64,000 nt of DNA from Candidatus Moraniibacteriota bacterium (lineage in GTDB: Bacteria; Patescibacteriota; Minisyncoccia; Moranbacterales; GCA-2747515): contig JBBQZC010000006.1 in NCBI GenBank assembly GCA_038208115.1, forward strand, positions 3,438-67,437, read 5' to 3'. A model generated the notes under the pieces. It did not search any database. It saw nothing but the letters and a program-made list of their open reading frames with translations, and was not told where the DNA came from. The position numbers and the translations under genes are program-made. Of this stretch, positions 61,536 to 64,000 are shown piece by piece. Position 1 is the first letter of the stretch. Every line of letters begins with the position of its first letter.

Positions 61536-62321
61536 ATGGCAATGAACTTGCGTGAAAACAAAATGGATAAATATGAACCGAAAAAAAAGTCAGGAGGTTT
61601 TCTGGGTTTTTTTTCGAGTCAAAAAAGGATTGAAGGATCAAATTCGCAAAAAATTGAAGAATCAAAGATAAAAAAAATTGAAGAAACAAAAGCAAAAAGA
61701 ATCCCAGCTCCACATATCAAAATGGCAGCGTATGTACAATCAAAGGATGAAAAATGGACGCATCAGAAAACAGTGTCACATATAGCGCCTGAAAAACTAG
61801 ACTTCCAAGAAAAATTTCAACATATTAGTGAGCACTCACGATACTTACAGGAAAAACCAGATGATGTTTTGGTGCATTGGCGAGGGCCAGATTTTGAGCA
61901 TTACCCACATGATAAACAGTGGTATATCGGTGCATTGTGTATCCTTTGTGCGATTATCGTATATGCCATTTTTACAGATAGTATTATTATGGCAATTGTC
62001 TTTGGACTTATTGGTTTGACAGGGTATCAATTTTTGACAAGTCCGCAAAAAGAAATTGATTTTGCCATCACATATGATGGTGTGCTTGTGGGAGATGAGA
62101 TTTATGATTTTGATCATATCAAATCTTTTTGGATTTTTTATGAGCCACCACATACACGTATAATCAGTTTGCATATGCAGGGGCATTTTCGTCCATATCT
62201 CCACATCCCACTCCATCAGATCGACCCCGTGATCGTCCATGAGAAGCTGAGTGGTTTTATCCCTGAGATTAAACAAGAGGAAAGTCTCGTGGATATTGCT
62301 GAACGGCTTTTGCGCATGTAA
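61536..62321 (+). CDS. Hypothetical membrane protein (2 TM helices)
   Basis: Lys/Glu-rich N-terminus. Central hydrophobic helices 'WYIGALCILCAIIVYAIF' and 'IIMAIVFGLIGLTGY'. Confidence 0.4.
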   Translation: MAMNLRENKMDKYEPKKKSGGFLGFFSSQKRIEGSNSQKIEESKIKKIEETKAKRIPAPHIKMAAYVQSKDEKWTHQKTVSHIAPEKLDFQEKFQHISEHSRYLQEKPDDVLVHWRGPDFEHYPHDKQWYIGALCILCAIIVYAIFTDSIIMAIVFGLIGLTGYQFLTSPQKEIDFAITYDGVLVGDEIYDFDHIKSFWIFYEPPHTRIISLHMQGHFRPYLHIPLHQIDPVIVHEKLSGFIPEIKQEESLVDIAERLLRM

Positions 62322-62407
62322 TTTACGTTACGCATCGGTGATTGTTGATTTTTCAGTGATAATTGACGATTTCGTTATTTAGGTATAGAATAACTCTTAT
62401 TGTGTGT

Positions 62408-62428
62408 GTCCTTGTAGCTCAGTGGATA
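62408..62428 (+). repeat. 21-nt duplicate of the 5' acceptor/D-arm of the downstream tRNA (tRNA fragment)
   Basis: 'gtccttgtagctcagtggata' is identical to 62539-62559. It then diverges with no T-arm or acceptor 3' half. Confidence 0.6.
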
Positions 62429-62538
62429 CCTGCCTGCCGGTTTACATGCCGATAGGTATGTAGGCGGGGAGCGTGGAACGATCGGCAAGATATCAGACCA
62501 CATGAAGAAAAGAAAAAAAATCATAGGTTTTACAACAT

Positions 62539-62611
62539 GTCCTTGTAGCTCAGTGGATAGAGCGTTTGGTTGCGGTCCAAAAGGTCGTAGGTTCAACTCC
62601 TACCAAGGACA
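62539..62611 (+). tRNA. tRNA-Arg (anticodon read as GCG)
   Basis: 'GTCCTTGTAGCTCAGTGGATAGAGCGTTTGGTTGCGGTCCAAAAGGTCGTAGGTTCAACTCCTACCAAGGACA'. Cloverleaf with a 7/5/5/5 stem layout. The anticodon loop TTGCGGT gives GCG (unusual; ACG is expected for Arg). Confidence 0.7.
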
Positions 62612-62733
62612 CAAAGAGAAAAAACAGCATTATGCTGTTTTTTTGTTTTACCTGCATAAAATACGAAAAAGTCACACATTATAATGTCACTACATATTAT
62701 TATGTTTATTGTGTGAACTTCACGCACAGAAGT

Positions 62734-62762
62734 AGTTGACATTTGCCAATAAATGTGCTATA
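62734..62762 (+). promoter_or_regulatory. Perfect-consensus sigma70 promoter TTGACA-N17-TATAAT
   Basis: 'ttgaca tttgccaataaatgtgc tataat'. RBS AAGGAG lies at 62808-62813. Confidence 0.6.
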
Positions 62763-62821
62763 ATTTTAAATTACGTATCAGTTAATTTTACAACAACATT
62801 TCACAATTAAGGAGATGTAAC

Positions 62822-63151
62822 ATGGATCAGTCAGCAATATTTTTTTCATTGACGATATTAGCATTGGCGTTAGGATTATTTGGATGTGGTGTTCTAAGTG
62901 CAAAGACAGACAATAAACATGTTGAGTGGATATGTATAATACTTATCTGCATGGGAGTATCTATTGTCTCGGGTGTGAAAACGGGCGCATTTGTCAAAGA
63001 AGAATTTATTAATAAACAATTAACCAAGGATGTACAGCATGTTGATGAGAATGGAAAAAGTAACTTTTATGCTCAAATCCATGTTGTTTATGAGGAGGGT
63101 GAATTGAAAAGTATTGGTCTCGTCCCCAATACAACAAAAGTTGTAGAGTAA
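62822..63151 (+). CDS. Small membrane protein (109 aa, two TM helices)
   Basis: Strong promoter and RBS. Hydrophobic segments 'IFFSLTILALALGLFGCGVL' and 'WICIILICMGVSIVSGV'. Confidence 0.55.
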   Translation: MDQSAIFFSLTILALALGLFGCGVLSAKTDNKHVEWICIILICMGVSIVSGVKTGAFVKEEFINKQLTKDVQHVDENGKSNFYAQIHVVYEEGELKSIGLVPNTTKVVE

Positions 63152-63327
63152 ATGGGCGGACACAAAAAAGTCAAAAGCGAAACATCGCGATTGACTTTTT
63201 ATTTTTTTAAAATATACGCATTAGTAAATTTTCTTGTATGAAATATGGTTTTTTAGAATATTGTCACTATACTTGATTTAGTAAATCATTAATGGTAGAC
63301 TATTCTTTGTACATAGAGATATGTCAT

Positions 63328-63419
63328 GGAGAGGTGCCAGAGTGGCCGAATGGGGCACACTGCTAATGTGTTGACCGGGTCAAACCGGTCCGAGGGTTCG
63401 AATCCCTCCCTCTCCGCCA
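63328..63419 (+). tRNA. tRNA-Ser (anticodon GCT), type II
   Basis: 'GGAGAGGTGCCAGAGTGGCCGAATGGGGCACACTGCTAATGTGT..' The anticodon stem is GCACA/TGTGT and the loop is CTGCTAA. Long variable arm, G73 and encoded CCA. Confidence 0.7.
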
Positions 63420-63584
63420 ATTTTCACTTTTTGTGAAATCGTAAGGAATTGGCTCGGCGCAACGCGCCTCGGCATGGTATTTTTAAGCAATTTGTCGTGC
63501 GTTCGAGCCGCACCGGGCTCACCATAATAAAAACCCCAGAGGCAGAGCTGATAGCAAGGCTCTTTTATAATAGAATAAGCGTTC

Positions 63585-63674
63585 GGAGAGGTGGCAGAGT
63601 GGTCGATCGCGATGGTCTTGAAAACCATTGGACCCGCAAGGGCCCCGGGGGTTCGAATCCCTCCCTCTCCGCCA
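63585..63674 (+). tRNA. tRNA-Ser (anticodon TGA), type II
   Basis: 'GGAGAGGTGGCAGAGTGGTCGATCGCGATGGTCTTGAAAACCATT..' The loop is CTTGAAA. Long variable arm, G73, CCA. Confidence 0.75.
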
Positions 63675-63687
63675 GTAGTCGATTATT

Positions 63688-63780
63688 GGTGAGGTACCCA
63701 AGTGGCTGAAGGGGCGGGTTTGCTAAACCTGTAGGTCGGAGTAATCCGGCGCGAGAGTTCGAATCTCTCCCTCACCGCCA
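63688..63780 (+). tRNA. tRNA-Ser (anticodon GCT), type II
   Basis: 'GGTGAGGTACCCAAGTGGCTGAAGGGGCGGGTTTGCTAAACCTG..CCTCACCGCCA'. The acceptor stem and overall pattern match the canonical bacterial tRNA-Ser(GCU). Confidence 0.8.
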
Positions 63781-63927
63781 ATTTACACTTTTTGTGAAAT
63801 CAATAGAATCCTCCCCCGCATTTGCGGGGTCGGCATGGTATTTTTCCGCAATTTTAAAGGCATTTTTGAAATCGCACGCCAGCGTGCGGTCGGCAATGCG
63901 GAAGTTCGAACCAATCTTTTTGAGAAA

Positions 63928-63960
63928 ATCCCGTCCCGCGACGGGATTTTCTTGTTGAGC
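63928..63960 (+). terminator. Rho-independent terminator after tRNA cluster
   Basis: Perfect 11-bp stem 'aaaatcccgtc ccgc gacgggatttt' followed by 'cttgtt'. Confidence 0.5.
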
Positions 63961-64000
63961 GTATTTTTCGGCTTGGTTGGCCTCTATTAGAAAGGCAATG

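Noticed and set aside
62408-62538. Integrated mobile element at the tRNA-Arg gene
   Set aside because: Only a 21-nt 5' tRNA fragment is duplicated. I saw no integrase, transposase or phage genes nearby, and the duplicated part is the 5' end, not the usual 3' att core.
62375-62684. ORFs 62375..62596 (-) and 62502..62684 (+) over the tRNA-Arg locus
   Set aside because: They overlap the tRNA gene and its duplicated fragment. They have no coding signal.
63449-63709. Plus-strand 86-aa ORF (and minus-strand ORFs 63380..63628 and 63519..63701) in the tRNA cluster
   Set aside because: They overlap tRNA genes and GC-rich hairpin spacers. The translation is Gly/Arg/Pro-rich, which is typical of spurious ORFs in structured RNA regions.

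Overview
This is an AT-rich (~35% GC) bacterial window with a small-genome, CPR/Patescibacteria-like flavour. Stops and conserved genes read cleanly in the standard code 11, and I found no UGA recoding.

Housekeeping core: uvrA, rpoB-rpoC, infC-rpmI-rplT, smpB with a tmRNA next to it that I found by hand, proS, dxs, ispG next to an isopentenyl-phosphate-kinase homolog, a GDP-mannose pyrophosphorylase-like gene, a SpoU methyltransferase and apbE. The SUF Fe-S system is split over two loci: sufS-sufU-DUF59 at 27.6-29.6 kb and sufC-sufB-short sufD at 58.6-61.3 kb. A cluster of four tRNA-Ser genes plus one tRNA-Arg sits at the right end.

Giant surface proteins: four very large secreted or membrane-anchored proteins are interleaved with the core genes.
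- Positions <1-2351: FG-GAP repeats, a tail-fibre-like beta-helix and a peptidase S74 intramolecular chaperone.
- 2548-9141: RCC1 repeats plus Cys-rich modules.
- 22360-27627: an alpha-2-macroglobulin (MG-domain)-like protein.
- 36632-40903: delta-60/propeller repeats plus Ig-like repeats.
All carry near-identical internal nucleotide repeats.

Most interesting candidate system: an ECF-type sigma factor gene (21736-22317) lies immediately upstream of the 1755-aa single-pass membrane macroglobulin-like protein. That protein has a ~95-aa cytoplasmic N-terminus and could be a sensor or anti-sigma factor. The 33-nt motif TTGTTAC-N16-CGTTATATAT, which looks like an ECF promoter, occurs three times with fixed spacing: in front of the sigma gene itself and in front of two nearby genes for small secreted or N-anchored paralogous proteins. 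Other promoters in the window are textbook TTGACA-N17-TATAAT. I read this as a self-contained, autoregulated ECF regulon, possibly protease-sensing, that drives a family of exported proteins.

Other oddities:
- A perfect 116-nt duplicated 5' gene end (20030 and 20608).
- Two tandem sRNA-like units between rpoC and the suf operon.
- An attenuator-like leader before a LeuA-family gene.
- A duplicated tRNA 5' fragment.
- Repeated structured spacers between the Ser tRNAs.

I saw no CRISPR array, transposase or integrase.
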